This document shows positions 9,224 through 20,035 of a stretch of DNA of 64,000 nt, in pieces. The notes under the pieces are model-generated. The model ran no database searches. It saw nothing but the letters and a program-made list of their open reading frames with translations, and had not been told where the DNA came from. The number at the start of each line of letters is the position of its first letter. Position 1 is the stretch's first letter. The DNA is from Flavobacteriales bacterium (GTDB taxonomy: Bacteria; Bacteroidota; Bacteroidia; Flavobacteriales_F; PHOS-HE28): contig JAEUSU010000004.1 of the NCBI GenBank assembly GCA_016788635.1, forward strand, positions 37,018 through 101,017, written 5' to 3'. Made by a program: the position numbers and the translations under genes.

Positions 9224-12200
9224 ACGAAGCGCACCGTGCCCATGCGGCCATTGGCCAGCACGCGTATCAAATAGGTCCCGCTGGGAATGTGGAGCAGGTG
9301 CAACACCGTGCGACCCTCCTGTTTGGTGATGTGGGCAGGTATCATGCGGCCCATGGCATCGATCAGGTCCCACTGGGCTTCCATGTCGTGCGCATGCAGC
9401 ACCACCAATGTGCCATCATCAGGCCTTAGAACGACATAGCCGCCCTGCGGTCCGTTGAACTGCACGGCCACCATGGGGCTCACCGCGCTGATGCCATCAT
9501 GGTCGGTCTGCCGCAAGCGGTAGTAATTCGTTCCCGTCTTCGGCTGCGGATCGAAGGTCTGGTAATGCAATTGTGCCTGGCTGTTGCCCGCGCCGGCCAC
9601 TTCTGCAAACGCTGTGAACAGGTCGCCATCCAGCGAGCGTTCCACAGTGAAGAAGGCATTGTTGTGTTCGGTGGCGGTGGACCAGTTCAAGCGCACCTGG
9701 TGGCCATCCGGCGTGGCTGTGAACCAGAGCAGTTCAACCGGCAGTGGGTTCTCGATCGTGTTGGAGGCCAGCGTCCATGGACTGAACTGGGTCTGCTGGG
9801 CGGCTGTCACCACTGTACCCTGCAGCAGGTTCCCCGTGGTGCCGCCATTGCCGCGGTCGCGCCACATGAGGCCGTCCCACCGCGCCACACGCAGGTCAGA
9901 GAGCAGCGTTACGCCTCCGCTGGTGCTTCCCCAGCTCAGGACCACATTGGCATCGGCCGCTCCCGCACTGCGTGCGATGTTCCACCATTCGTTCCCCGAA
10001 ATATGGTGCAGGCTCAGTTCGCGCGCGGTCCCATGGGTCACCTTCGGGTTGTCCAGGTGGTACTCCACAATGAACGCGTCAGTAGGAAGGCCTGTGATAC
10101 CGGTGAGTGCCGCCGGCCGGTGGAAGTTCGCCTTGCCCACCGGGTAGGTGAAGTTCGTGGTGCCCACCTTCTGCACGGGCCCGTGCACAAAGCTCAGGTC
10201 GCTGGCATTGGTTGCCGTGGCACCGGCCGGAATGGTCAGGAGCGTGGTGGCCGTGTTCATGATCCGGCCGTTGAGCAGGTTCAGGTTGTTGTGAATGGTG
10301 ATGGGTGCCAGCAGGGTGAGGTCCCCGGATGGCTTGTCCATGCGCAGGTTGTGGAAGGACTGGTCAAGACCACCTGCGGTGAGCACGGATTGTGCTCCGC
10401 CCCCCATCATGTTCACTGTGGAGAAGGTGTACAGGAATCCATTCACGCCGTCCAGGTTCGCGAAGTTCCCGGCCACGGATAGGGTGCCGCCCAGTGCTGC
10501 ACCGGCCAGGTCCAGAGTGCCGCCACTGGCTATTGTCACCGGTCCATAGATCTGCACGGTGTTGCCCGGGGCTTCATGCACGAACAGCGCACTGCCCGTG
10601 GTGAAACCCTGCAGGGTCAGGCTGTTCGCAGCCAGTGTACCGTTGAGCACCGTGATGCCGATGGGTGTGGCGCTGGCCACGTTGTTCACCAGCGCTGCGC
10701 CACCCACCACCAGGCTGTTGCCGTTCTTAATGGTCAATTGCCGTGCGGTGGAGGTGCTGGTCACCGTTACCGAGGCGCAGTTGGCCGTGGTGGTGGGGAA
10801 ACCCGGTGCCACGGAATTATCCACGTCGCAATGCCGGATCGCGGTCTGGTTGATGAGCACGTCCGTGGTGGTCGAGGGAACTGTGGCATCGTCCCAGTTC
10901 GTGCAATCGAACCAACTGGTGCTCTTCGCTCCGGTCCACAAGCCGGGGGTGAAACCACCGGGGATCACGGGAAGCACGGGGGCCAGAGTATAGTCTGGCA
11001 AGCTGCTGTTGTAGTTGGTGCAATTGCCGTAGGTCGAGGTCCAATTCGCGGGGTCGTCAATCCGAATGATCCATTGCCGTTGGGTGGCAGGGGTGGTGGG
11101 CCCGGTGTATTTGTTGAAGTCCGATACCGCCACCGGTGCCATGCTGAAGCAATCCATTTGTATGGGCAGCCCGCTGTTTTGTGAACTGGCGCATTGCCCG
11201 GCCAGCCATTGCCCGTTGGTGCTGAAACCGTAGAGGATGGACCCGCCCGTGTAGGTGGCATCATTGGCCCCTGCGGGATTGGTCCACACACCACCTTGCA
11301 TGAAGAAGATCTGGTCACCCGAAGCGTTCAAGTTGAAGGTGCTGGTCCCCCCATTGAGCGATGCGCATTTCCAGAACACATCCGGCCCGATGGCCACCAC
11401 GTTATTGGCGCCCGAGGTGTTGCGCGCCCGCCAGGTGATCACCGTGCCGGCGGGGATCGTGGGTCCCGTGCGGGTGAGCCGCACGGTGCCTTCCGTATCG
11501 CCCCACAGCCCCGGGGTACAGCGGCTGTACCCATTGTCCGTGATATCCAGCGTGGTGCCCGGGGTGATGTCCTTGAAGCAGAAAAAGCTGATCTCATCCT
11601 CACCGGTGAAGGTGCTGCATAGCCCGTTGTTCACGTTGATCGCCACGATGGCCAGGTCGCCTGGGCCCAACACGGTCTGGGGTGCATCATCGTCAATGAT
11701 GTTCAACAGCCGGGTGCTCGCCGTGCCGATGGTCAACCCTGGTCCTGTGGCGCTGATCGTCATGGAGAGCGTCTCGTCGGGCTCCACGATGGCATCGTTC
11801 AGGATGTTCACCACCACGCTCACGGACATCGCGTTCGCCGGCACATTGAGCGTCACGATCCCCGCTACGGCGGCGGGTGTGGTGGTGTAGTCCACGCCGG
11901 GGGTGGTGCCCAGGTCGGCCAGCGACACGGTGATCGTTTGCGGCGTGTTCGCAACGGGGGCGATGCTTATGGTGAAGGTGTGGCTTCCGCTGCTCTCCAG
12001 GTCCGTGATGTCGCCGGAGCTGAAGTTCACCGTGGGGGGGATGACGGGACAGGGGTTGGGCACGAACACATTATCGAACCGGGCCAGGTCCGTGGTACTG
12101 GTATTGTGGTTGTACAGCAGGCTCACGTAAGGGAGGTCGGTGAGCGTATGGGTCACGTCCATTGCCGTACCAGCCGATACCACCACGGTCATGGGCGGAA

Positions 12201-12795
12201 CGAATGTTGCTCCGGCCTGCACGAACAACTCCCATTCATTGTTGAAGGGGTTGAAGGTGACACGGACCGAGACGTACTGCTTGTCCGTGATGGGCGCACT
12301 GATGAGCGTGGTGATCCCCGGATTGGTGAGGCCGGTGGCGAAGCGCACCAGCCGCACAGGGTCGGGGCTGCCACTGTTGCCGATCACCACGGCATAGCCG
12401 CTGTTGGTCGCGGCGGTGGGATCCAATGTCGTTCCGCCCAGGATGAAGGCCGCACCATAATTCCCATTGTCAAATCCAGAAGGGGCATCACGGTCCAGTT
12501 GCATGTTAACCCCCCAGGTCAGCCCGCACGTGCTGGTGCCAAAAGTGGTGTTGTACAGCCCGGTGGCGCTGCGCGAGACCCAGTCCTGGCCATTGAGCCC
12601 GGCTGTGTTATTGACCCACAACATATTCCCCGTGATCGCACCGCTGGATGAAGCGCCTCCCTCGGTCCAGCCGTTTCCCACTGCGGTATTGTTCGCGCGG
12701 TTGAAATCGTCCAGCAGGAACTGGGCATGGCTCGACCCGGCCAGGATGATGGACATCACAGCCACAAGGACGACCCGTCTCGATCTTGCCGACAT
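9217..12795 (-). CDS. Very large (1192 aa) cell-surface adhesin-like protein with a Calx-beta-like domain and T9SS C-terminal sorting domain
   Basis: Signal peptide MSARSRRVVLVAVMSIILAGSSHAQ; Calx-beta-like segment (ITVSLADLGTT...VEPDETLSMTI); Thr/Gly/Asn-rich beta-rich repeats; C-terminal CTD (…GTYLIRVLANGRMGTVRFVH). Confidence 0.8.
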   Translation of the reverse strand: MSARSRRVVLVAVMSIILAGSSHAQFLLDDFNRANNTAVGNGWTEGGASSSGAITGNMLWVNNTAGLNGQDWVSRSATGLYNTTFGTSTCGLTWGVNMQLDRDAPSGFDNGNYGAAFILGGTTLDPTAATNSGYAVVIGNSGSPDPVRLVRFATGLTNPGITTLISAPITDKQYVSVRVTFNPFNNEWELFVQAGATFVPPMTVVVSAGTAMDVTHTLTDLPYVSLLYNHNTSTTDLARFDNVFVPNPCPVIPPTVNFSSGDITDLESSGSHTFTISIAPVANTPQTITVSLADLGTTPGVDYTTTPAAVAGIVTLNVPANAMSVSVVVNILNDAIVEPDETLSMTISATGPGLTIGTASTRLLNIIDDDAPQTVLGPGDLAIVAINVNNGLCSTFTGEDEISFFCFKDITPGTTLDITDNGYSRCTPGLWGDTEGTVRLTRTGPTIPAGTVITWRARNTSGANNVVAIGPDVFWKCASLNGGTSTFNLNASGDQIFFMQGGVWTNPAGANDATYTGGSILYGFSTNGQWLAGQCASSQNSGLPIQMDCFSMAPVAVSDFNKYTGPTTPATQRQWIIRIDDPANWTSTYGNCTNYNSSLPDYTLAPVLPVIPGGFTPGLWTGAKSTSWFDCTNWDDATVPSTTTDVLINQTAIRHCDVDNSVAPGFPTTTANCASVTVTSTSTARQLTIKNGNSLVVGGAALVNNVASATPIGITVLNGTLAANSLTLQGFTTGSALFVHEAPGNTVQIYGPVTIASGGTLDLAGAALGGTLSVAGNFANLDGVNGFLYTFSTVNMMGGGAQSVLTAGGLDQSFHNLRMDKPSGDLTLLAPITIHNNLNLLNGRIMNTATTLLTIPAGATATNASDLSFVHGPVQKVGTTNFTYPVGKANFHRPAALTGITGLPTDAFIVEYHLDNPKVTHGTARELSLHHISGNEWWNIARSAGAADANVVLSWGSTSGGVTLLSDLRVARWDGLMWRDRGNGGTTGNLLQGTVVTAAQQTQFSPWTLASNTIENPLPVELLWFTATPDGHQVRLNWSTATEHNNAFFTVERSLDGDLFTAFAEVAGAGNSQAQLHYQTFDPQPKTGTNYYRLRQTDHDGISAVSPMVAVQFNGPQGGYVVLRPDDGTLVVLHAHDMEAQWDLIDAMGRMIPAHITKQEGRTVLHLLHIPSGTYLIRVLANGRMGTVRFVH

Positions 12796-12995
12796 GGGAA
12801 AAGGGTACGCGAAGATCGCATGATCCTGGGAGATATAAAAGCCGGAAGCTCAGAAGGTTGGAAATTATCAAGGGCTTGACATTTACTTCATGCAGGGATC
12901 GGTGTTCATAAACCTGACCAGTGGCTGTCATTCGTCAGGAACACGCCGTCCGGCTTGGGCTATTCTTGCTGGACCCCACGAACGTTCATCACCCT

Positions 12996-13358
12996 ATGAG
13001 AACCTTGACCTTGGTTTTGCTGGCCGCGCTGATGAGCAGCCCGGTGGCTGCTGCCCCTGCGGATGATATTAATGCCGTGTTCTCCTCATATGATGCGCAC
13101 GTGGTCATGCACATCGCGCTGTTCGATGAAGCAGCACTGGAACGGCTTACCCGGGAGGTGGGAAGGTCGAAGGATGTGACCTTGGAATACAGCTGCGTGT
13201 GGTCCGGCATCGTGGTGTTCAAGTGCACGGGTATTCCCGTTGGTGAGCGCGCGGATGTGATCACCTATGTGCGGCGGATCCTCACCTCGGCTGGCATCGA
13301 TCGCGGAGTGGAGTTCCTCAAGGTGCATGTGGAGCCTGCGGGCCCTGGAAAATGCTGA
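12996..13358 (+). CDS. Small secreted hypothetical protein (~120 aa)
   Basis: Signal peptide MRTLTLVLLAALMSSPVAAAP; start chosen at ATG 12996 inside the longer ORF-track ORF. Confidence 0.45.
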   Translation: MRTLTLVLLAALMSSPVAAAPADDINAVFSSYDAHVVMHIALFDEAALERLTREVGRSKDVTLEYSCVWSGIVVFKCTGIPVGERADVITYVRRILTSAGIDRGVEFLKVHVEPAGPGKC

Positions 13359-13438
13359 AGGGCTGACGCTTTACCCCACCCGGTTACCTTTGTGGACGCC
13401 GCACCGGACACATCGGTGCGCTTTCCCATCCGCTCCAG

Positions 13439-14974
13439 GTGCACGACAAGATCCTCATCCTCGACCACGGTTCGCAGTACACCCAGCTCATCGCGCGCCG
13501 CGTCAGGGAACTGAACGTCTATTGCGAGATCCATCCCTTCAGCAAAGCGGCGGCCTTTGCCGATGACCCCACCATCCGCGGTGTCATCCTTTCGGGCAGC
13601 CCCTTCAGTGTGCACGACGAAGGAGCACCCGATACGGATCTCGCCGGGTATCTGGGCCGTGTGCCCGTACTGGCCGTTTGCTATGGTGCGCAGCTCCTGG
13701 CCAAGCGCGCCGGAGCGCCGGTAGTGCGCAGCAAGGTGCGCGAGTATGGCCGTGCCCACCTCACCACCATCGCCGCGCAGGAACATCTGTTCGATGGCAT
13801 CGCTGCGGGCACCCAGGTGTGGATGAGCCATGGCGATACCATCAGTCACCCCACCGAGGCCATGGAGGTCATCGCCTCTACAGAGCATGTATTGGTTGCC
13901 GCCTACCGCCTGGTGGGTCAGGAGGTGTACTCCGTGCAGTTCCATCCAGAGGTGTACCATACCACAGACGGGCTGCAGTTGCTCCACAATTTCGTCATCG
14001 GCATCTGTGCGTGCACAGGCGACTGGACCCCGCGTGGTTTCGTGGAGGACACCGTGGCGCAGCTCACCAAGCAATTGGGTGATGACCAGGTGGTGCTCGC
14101 GCTCAGCGGAGGCGTGGACAGTTCGGTGGCCGCGCTGCTGCTGGACCGTGCCATCGGCGATCGCCTGCACTGCATCTTCGTGGACAACGGGCTGCTGCGC
14201 AAGGATGAGTTCAACAGTGTGCTGGAGAGCTACCGCCATTTGGGTTTGAATATCACCGGTGTGGATGCGCGTGAGCAATTCTATGCAGCATTGCAGGGCC
14301 TGGATGAACCCGAGGCGAAGCGCAAGGCCATCGGCCGCACCTTCATCGAGGTCTTCGACCGCGAGGCCCACCGCATCAAGGATGTGAAATGGCTGGGCCA
14401 GGGCACCATCTATCCGGATGTGATCGAGAGCGTGAGCGTGAACGGCCCCAGCGTCACCATCAAGAGCCACCACAACGTGGGCGGCCTGCCTGAGCGCATG
14501 AAGTTGAAGGTGGTGGAGCCTTTGCGCCTGCTCTTCAAGGACGAGGTGCGCCGCGTGGGGCGCGAGATGGGCCTGGACCCGAACATCCTTGGGCGCCATC
14601 CCTTCCCCGGCCCTGGGCTTGGCATCCGCATCCTGGGCGAGATCACACCCGAAAAAGTCGCCCTCCTGCATGAGGTGGACCACATTTTTATTCAAGGGTT
14701 GAAGGAGGAGGGCTTGTATGACCAGGTCTGGCAGGCGGGCGCTATCCTGCTCCCTGTGCGCAGCGTTGGCGTCATGGGCGATGAGCGCACCTACGAGAAC
14801 GCCGTGGCCTTGCGGGCTGTGACCAGCACCGATGGCATGACGGCGGACTGGTGTCACCTGCCTTATTCCTTCCTGGCACGGATCTCGAACGCCATCATCA
14901 ACCGGGTGAAGGGCGTGAACCGCGTGGTGTACGACATCAGCAGCAAGCCCCCCGCCACGATCGAATGGGAATGA
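13439..14974 (+). CDS. guaA: GMP synthase (glutamine-hydrolysing)
   Basis: N-terminal class-I glutamine amidotransferase ([20 protein letters not shown]), ATP-PPase motif SGGVDSSV, and the conserved C-terminal dimerisation domain. Confidence 0.97.
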   Translation: MHDKILILDHGSQYTQLIARRVRELNVYCEIHPFSKAAAFADDPTIRGVILSGSPFSVHDEGAPDTDLAGYLGRVPVLAVCYGAQLLAKRAGAPVVRSKVREYGRAHLTTIAAQEHLFDGIAAGTQVWMSHGDTISHPTEAMEVIASTEHVLVAAYRLVGQEVYSVQFHPEVYHTTDGLQLLHNFVIGICACTGDWTPRGFVEDTVAQLTKQLGDDQVVLALSGGVDSSVAALLLDRAIGDRLHCIFVDNGLLRKDEFNSVLESYRHLGLNITGVDAREQFYAALQGLDEPEAKRKAIGRTFIEVFDREAHRIKDVKWLGQGTIYPDVIESVSVNGPSVTIKSHHNVGGLPERMKLKVVEPLRLLFKDEVRRVGREMGLDPNILGRHPFPGPGLGIRILGEITPEKVALLHEVDHIFIQGLKEEGLYDQVWQAGAILLPVRSVGVMGDERTYENAVALRAVTSTDGMTADWCHLPYSFLARISNAIINRVKGVNRVVYDISSKPPATIEWE

Positions 14975-16725
14975 TGAGGAAGGTACTGGTATTGGTAATG
15001 CTTCTGGCGCTGCCGGCGCTGCGGGCCGTGGCGCAGGAGGTGCGCGTGGTGGACGGCCGCAAGTACATCGTGCACACGGTGGAGCAGGGGCAGACGCTGT
15101 TCGCCATCTCACGCCACTATGCCGTCAGCGTGGAGGACCTTCAGCGCGCCAATCCGGGCGCGGCGCAGGGCATCGCCATCGGGCAGGTGCTGCTGGTGCC
15201 GCAGGAGGGCGTGGCGAAGAAGGAGCTGAAGAGCGCGCCCGCCCTGAAGCGCGGTGAACTGGTACACACCGTTACGAAGAAGGAGACCCTGTTCGGCATC
15301 AGCCGCAAGTACGGGCTGGATGTGAACGACCTGCTCCAACGCAATCCCGAAGCATCGCAAGGACTACGTGAGGGCATGGAACTGGTCATCCCCGTGGCCA
15401 AAGTGGAAGGTGCACGGCCCGAAGTGACGGCCCCCGCTTCGGCCGCCACGGAAAAGCAGCACCTGGTGAAGCCCGGGGAAACGATCTACTCCCTTTCCAA
15501 AGATCACGGTGTGGAGCCGGATGCATTGAAAGCGGCGAACGGTGGCCTGGCCGAAGGCTTGAAGGCGGGCTATTACATTACCATTCCGCAGCCCGCGCCG
15601 GTGGCAGTACCCGTGGATACCGTGGACCGCCGCCGCCGCTACCAGATCGCCTTCCTGCTGCCCTTCAGCCTGGACCGCAACGACAGCCTGCTAGCTGCCG
15701 ATCCACAGGCGCGCATGCCGTTGGAGGTCACCGAGATCGCTGCGCAGTTTTATGGCGGTGCCCGTCTGGCGCTGGATTCCCTAAGCGATCGCGGTCTGCG
15801 CGCGGATGTACTGGTGCGCGATGTGGGCACGGATGCCAAGGTGTGGGGCCCCGTTTTGCGCGATGCCGAACTGCGCCGCAGCGATATCTTCATCGGGCCC
15901 TTCCACCGCGGGGCGATCGAGGAACTTGCCCGGGCCGTGCATGGAAGCCTCATTGTTTGCCCTGTCCCCCAAACGAACAAGATCATTCTGGGGCGTCCGG
16001 ACGTGTGCAAGGTGATCAGCGCGCGCGCCGACCAGGTGCAGACCCTCGCCCGACATGCCGCCCGCACGCATGCACGGGACAATCTGCTTCTGGTGCGGCC
16101 GGATATCTTCTCCGACAAGGAGGTGCAGGATCAGATGAGCGAAGCGCTGCAAGCCGCCTATGCGGGCATGCCCGGCCGTAGCGCGGACAGCTTGCGCACG
16201 GTGGCGCCGGGCCGTCGGGACATTACAGCTGTGATCAATGCCCTGGATGCAGCGCGCATGAATGCACTGGTTGTGCCCAGTGAGGATGTTGAGTTCGTCA
16301 CTACACTCGTCACCAAACTCGCCCTGCTCACCGAGAAATATCGCATCACTGTATATGGCCTTTCGGCCTGGCTGGATTGGGAATCGCTGGACCCAGCGGA
16401 CCTCGACCGCTTGAACACCCATGTACCCCGCAGCACCTTCGTGGACCGAAGCGACCCTCGCGTGATCGCCTTCGCACAGCGCTTCCGCGACCGGTTCGCA
16501 GCGGACGCAGGGCCGTATGCCTACCTTGGCTACGACGTCACCATGCACTTCCTCACGGGACTCATGGACCTGGGTGGCAAATTGCCGGACCGATTGGATC
16601 GTGTGAGCACGCAGCCGCTCCACATGGGCTTCCAGTTGCAGCGCACCGGCCCTGAGAACGGCTTCCGAAACACCAGCAGCGTGGTGGTGAGATTGGCGGG
16701 CCTTGAGTTGCAGCGAGCGCGGTGA
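14971..16725 (+). CDS. Secreted LysM-repeat (x3) protein fused to a periplasmic-binding-protein type I-like domain
   Basis: Signal peptide [22 protein letters not shown]. Three LysM-like segments ([69 protein letters not shown]). Start ATG overlaps the guaA stop by 4 nt. Confidence 0.75.
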   Translation: MMRKVLVLVMLLALPALRAVAQEVRVVDGRKYIVHTVEQGQTLFAISRHYAVSVEDLQRANPGAAQGIAIGQVLLVPQEGVAKKELKSAPALKRGELVHTVTKKETLFGISRKYGLDVNDLLQRNPEASQGLREGMELVIPVAKVEGARPEVTAPASAATEKQHLVKPGETIYSLSKDHGVEPDALKAANGGLAEGLKAGYYITIPQPAPVAVPVDTVDRRRRYQIAFLLPFSLDRNDSLLAADPQARMPLEVTEIAAQFYGGARLALDSLSDRGLRADVLVRDVGTDAKVWGPVLRDAELRRSDIFIGPFHRGAIEELARAVHGSLIVCPVPQTNKIILGRPDVCKVISARADQVQTLARHAARTHARDNLLLVRPDIFSDKEVQDQMSEALQAAYAGMPGRSADSLRTVAPGRRDITAVINALDAARMNALVVPSEDVEFVTTLVTKLALLTEKYRITVYGLSAWLDWESLDPADLDRLNTHVPRSTFVDRSDPRVIAFAQRFRDRFAADAGPYAYLGYDVTMHFLTGLMDLGGKLPDRLDRVSTQPLHMGFQLQRTGPENGFRNTSSVVVRLAGLELQRAR

Positions 16726-17077
16726 CCTTGTGAACATTCGGCGAGTTTTCCACCACTTGCGCGAGCCGGGCCCTGAGGACTTACATTCGTACCAGCATCG
16801 TTCATTGCCAATCCGCCTCAGGGCTCAACGCAAGGCCCACGCAGGTAGAGATGTTCGGGGAACCAACAGCATTCCATCAGGGAAAGCACTTCCAATGGGC
16901 AACGGCGGGCCTCATCCACGACCTGGTCGCGGATCCCTTCGGGGACAAGAGGATTACGGACCCCATGCGCGCTTTCCCGCTCATGTGAACCATGGGTTTC
17001 TTTGAACTCGACCCTGCGTGGGCTTTTTTTGTTCCGTGAGCAACACCTCTGCCTTTTCGGCCACAAAGCTTCCGGTG

Positions 17078-17659
17078 ATGGAGCACTTCCATACCGTGCA
17101 AGGCGAAGGGGCCTTCAGCGGGCAGGCCGCCTTTTTCATCCGCCTCGGCGGCTGTGACGTGGGCTGCACCTGGTGCGATGTGAAGGAAAGTTGGGAGATG
17201 GACGAACACCCCCGGCTTGGTGTGGATGCCCTGGTGGCGGAAGCCTTGCAGCGCCCCGCGCGCATCGCGGTGGTAACTGGTGGCGAGCCGCTGATGCATG
17301 ACCTCACCACCCTGACCAACGCCTTGCGCGAGGCCGGTTTTCGCACCCATTTGGAGACCTCAGGCACGCATCCCATCACCGGCACCTGGGACTGGGTCTG
17401 CCTTTCGCCCAAAAAGTTCAAGGCCCCGTTGGAAGGCATGCACCTTGTGGCCCATGAATTGAAAGTGATCGTGTTCAACAAGCACGATCTGCAATGGGCG
17501 GAGGAACACGCGGCACGGATGAAGAAGGGCAGCCTGCTCTTCCTGCAACCGGAATGGGGGAAGCGGGAGGCCATGATGCCCCTGATCGTCGAACACGTGC
17601 AGGGGAACACCCGATGGCGCATTTCGATCCAGACACACAAGTACATGGGCATACCATGA
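17078..17659 (+). CDS. queE: 7-carboxy-7-deazaguanine synthase (radical SAM), queuosine pathway
   Basis: MEHFHTVQGEG N-terminus, CDVGCTWC radical-SAM cysteine triad, ~195 aa length. Confidence 0.85.
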   Translation: MEHFHTVQGEGAFSGQAAFFIRLGGCDVGCTWCDVKESWEMDEHPRLGVDALVAEALQRPARIAVVTGGEPLMHDLTTLTNALREAGFRTHLETSGTHPITGTWDWVCLSPKKFKAPLEGMHLVAHELKVIVFNKHDLQWAEEHAARMKKGSLLFLQPEWGKREAMMPLIVEHVQGNTRWRISIQTHKYMGIP

Positions 17660-17721
17660 GCGGAGAACGATCGAACGCGCGACCTATGATCAATGCCATG
17701 CCCGCATGGAACGCGGAGCGT

Positions 17722-19677
17722 ATGAAGCGGCTCGCATGGATCGCCTTGCTGATCGCCTTGTGCGGTCTGCTGGCCCTTTCCGTTCAGGCCCAGAGCAGGC
17801 GCTACAGCTCGCAGGATGGCAAGGCCATCAAGTTGTACGAACAAGCGCTGGAGAACATGCGCCAGCAGAAGTGGCAGGCGGCGGAGAGCGACCTGAAGCG
17901 CGCCATCGGGCTGGATGAACGCTTTGTGGAGCCGCGTTTCGCACTGGCCGAACTGTATGCCGACCAGGGCCGCTCTGCGCAGGCCATCACCGCCTATCGC
18001 GAAGCCCTGGCCCTTTCCCCACGCTTCTTCCCGAACGCCTACCTGCACCTGGCCGAGCTGGAGTTCAGGGACCAGCAGTACACCGCTGCGGAACAGCACT
18101 ACGGTGAGTTCATGAAGTTGAGCGACGATGCTGTGCGAAGGGCGCGGGCCGAGCTGGGCATGCGCAGTTGCGCGTTCGCGCGCGAGGCCGTGAAGAACCC
18201 CGTACCCTTTGAGCCCCGCAACCTGGGCCCCGGCGTGAACACCAAACAGGGGGAGTACTACCCCTGCGTTACGGCGGACGATCAATTGTTGCTCTTCACC
18301 CGTGATGTGCATGACGGCACACCGCCCTACGGGCACCAGGAGGACTTTTTCATGAGCTACCGCGATGCGCAAGGGCAATGGGGCAAGGCCCTGCCCTGGC
18401 CCTTGAACCTGAAGATGAACGAGGGCGCCGGCACCCTCAGCCCCGATGGGCGCTTCCTCATCTTCACCGCCTGCTCCATGGCGGATGGCACCTATGGCGC
18501 GGGGCGCAAGGGTCTCGGCAGCTGCGACCTCTTCATCAGCCGGCGCGTGGGCGAGCGCTGGAGCCCTCCGGAGAACCTGGGCCCACCGGTGAATTCCCGC
18601 GCCTGGGAAAGTCAGCCTTCGCTGGGCAGCGACGGCCGCACGCTCTATTTCATCCGTGGCATGCAGGCCATGGATGGCATCAAGGGCATGGACATCTTCA
18701 TGAGCCGCCTGCAGGATGATGGCTCATGGAGCAAGCCCGAACGCCTGGGCGAGCACATCAACACGTCCTTTCAGGAGGAGAGCGTGCAGATCCACCCCGA
18801 TGGCCGCACGCTGTTCTTCAGCAGCAACGGGCACCCGGGCATGGGGGGGCTGGACATCTTCGTGAGCCGCATGCAGGATGATGGCACGTGGGGGCAGGCG
18901 GAGAACCTCGGCTATCCCATCAACACCGGTGCGGACGAGAACAGTCTGGTGGTGAGCGCTGACGGCCTGCTGGCCTACTTCGCCAGCGACCGTCCCGGCG
19001 GCCAGGGCGACCTGGACCTGTACAGCTTCGCACTGTACGAGCAGGCGCGGCCCGTGCCCGTGAGCTTTGTGAAGGGCCGCGTGTTCGACAAGGAGAGCCG
19101 CGACCCACTGGAGGCGGACGTGATGCTCTTCGACCTGTCCACCGGAAAGATGGCCACGGCCGCCTACAGCGATCCGCGCAGCGGCGAGTTCCTTGTGTGC
19201 CTGCCCACGGGACGCACCTACGCATTGAACGCGGGCACGGAAGGCTACCTCTTCTTCTCGCAGAACTACGATGTGCAGGGCAGCGGCACGGCGGTGAAGC
19301 CCTTCACGCTGGACGTGCCCATGGAGCCCTTGAAGGCGGGCGCCACCATCGCCTTGCGCAACATCTTCTTCGCCACGGGCAGTGCGGCGCTGTTGCCCAC
19401 CTCCAATGCGGAGCTGGACCAACTCTCGCGTCTTCTCTTCGTGAACCCCACGCTGCGCCTGGAGCTTTCGGGCCACACGGACAATGTGGGTGACGATGCC
19501 AGCAACCAGAAGCTGAGCGATCAGCGGGCGAACGCCGTGCGGGACTATCTGTTGGGTAAGGGCATTGAAGCGGCGCGCCTGGTGGCGAAGGGTTACGGTG
19601 AAAGCCGGCCCATGACCACCAACGACACCGAGGAGGGGCGTGCACTGAACCGCCGCACGGAGATCACTGTGCTTTGA
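17722..19677 (+). CDS. Outer-membrane-associated TPR + WD40-like (TolB-type) beta-propeller + OmpA-domain protein
   Basis: Signal peptide MKRLAWIALLIALCGLLALSVQAQ; TPR segment; repeated PD40-like G..N...E..P..S.DG..L.F blocks; C-terminal OmpA peptidoglycan-binding domain (LSGHTDNVGDDASNQKLSDQRANAV...NRRTEI). Confidence 0.85.
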   Translation: MKRLAWIALLIALCGLLALSVQAQSRRYSSQDGKAIKLYEQALENMRQQKWQAAESDLKRAIGLDERFVEPRFALAELYADQGRSAQAITAYREALALSPRFFPNAYLHLAELEFRDQQYTAAEQHYGEFMKLSDDAVRRARAELGMRSCAFAREAVKNPVPFEPRNLGPGVNTKQGEYYPCVTADDQLLLFTRDVHDGTPPYGHQEDFFMSYRDAQGQWGKALPWPLNLKMNEGAGTLSPDGRFLIFTACSMADGTYGAGRKGLGSCDLFISRRVGERWSPPENLGPPVNSRAWESQPSLGSDGRTLYFIRGMQAMDGIKGMDIFMSRLQDDGSWSKPERLGEHINTSFQEESVQIHPDGRTLFFSSNGHPGMGGLDIFVSRMQDDGTWGQAENLGYPINTGADENSLVVSADGLLAYFASDRPGGQGDLDLYSFALYEQARPVPVSFVKGRVFDKESRDPLEADVMLFDLSTGKMATAAYSDPRSGEFLVCLPTGRTYALNAGTEGYLFFSQNYDVQGSGTAVKPFTLDVPMEPLKAGATIALRNIFFATGSAALLPTSNAELDQLSRLLFVNPTLRLELSGHTDNVGDDASNQKLSDQRANAVRDYLLGKGIEAARLVAKGYGESRPMTTNDTEEGRALNRRTEITVL

Positions 19678-19692
19678 ACCAGTTCCCGGCGC

Positions 19693-20025
19693 TCAAGGTG
19701 TCACCACCTTCAGCCCGATGATGCTGGCGATGAGCGTACCCAGGAAGAGCATACGCCAGAGGTCGGCCGGTTCCCTGAACCATAAGATGCCCACCAGCAC
19801 GGTACCCGCCGCCCCGATGCCCGTCCATACCGCGTAGGCCGTACCGATGGGTAGCGTCCGCGTGGCCTTGTACAGCAGCAGCATGCTCAGGGTAAGGCAC
19901 AGGAGGAATCCCGCCATCCATGCGGTCCACGCCGTGCCGGTGGACTCGCGCGCCCGGCCCAGGCAGGCGGCGAAGCCCGTTTCAAAAAGCCCCGCAAGGA
20001 AGAGTATGAGCCAGGCGTTGTTCAT
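19693..20025 (-). CDS. sugE: SMR-family small multidrug / guanidinium exporter (SugE/Gdx-like)
   Basis: 111 aa, four TM segments, N-terminus MNNAWLILFLAGLFETGFAACL typical of SugE. Start chosen at ATG 20025 inside the longer ORF. Confidence 0.75.
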   Translation of the reverse strand: MNNAWLILFLAGLFETGFAACLGRARESTGTAWTAWMAGFLLCLTLSMLLLYKATRTLPIGTAYAVWTGIGAAGTVLVGILWFREPADLWRMLFLGTLIASIIGLKVVTP

Positions 20026-20035
20026 GGGGCAAAGT

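Noticed and set aside
9499-10482. Several 150-330 aa + strand ORFs inside the giant adhesin gene region (9.5-12.7 kb)
   Set aside because: All are antisense to the 1192-aa adhesin, whose signal peptide, Calx-beta segment and T9SS tail give a coherent full-length protein.
13265-15112. 615-aa minus-strand ORF antisense to guaA
   Set aside because: guaA on the + strand has unmistakable GMP-synthase motifs. The antisense ORF is Ala/Arg/Gly/His-rich with no domain signature, a typical open antisense frame in ~65% GC DNA.
16726-17077. preQ1-I riboswitch upstream of queE
   Set aside because: No hairpin followed by the A-rich tail characteristic of preQ1-I. The structured leader is reported separately as an unclassified candidate.
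16981-18378. 465-aa minus-strand ORF spanning queE and the TPR/TolB/OmpA gene
   Set aside because: Both + strand genes are well supported by motifs. The antisense frame has no recognisable features and crosses an intergenic region.
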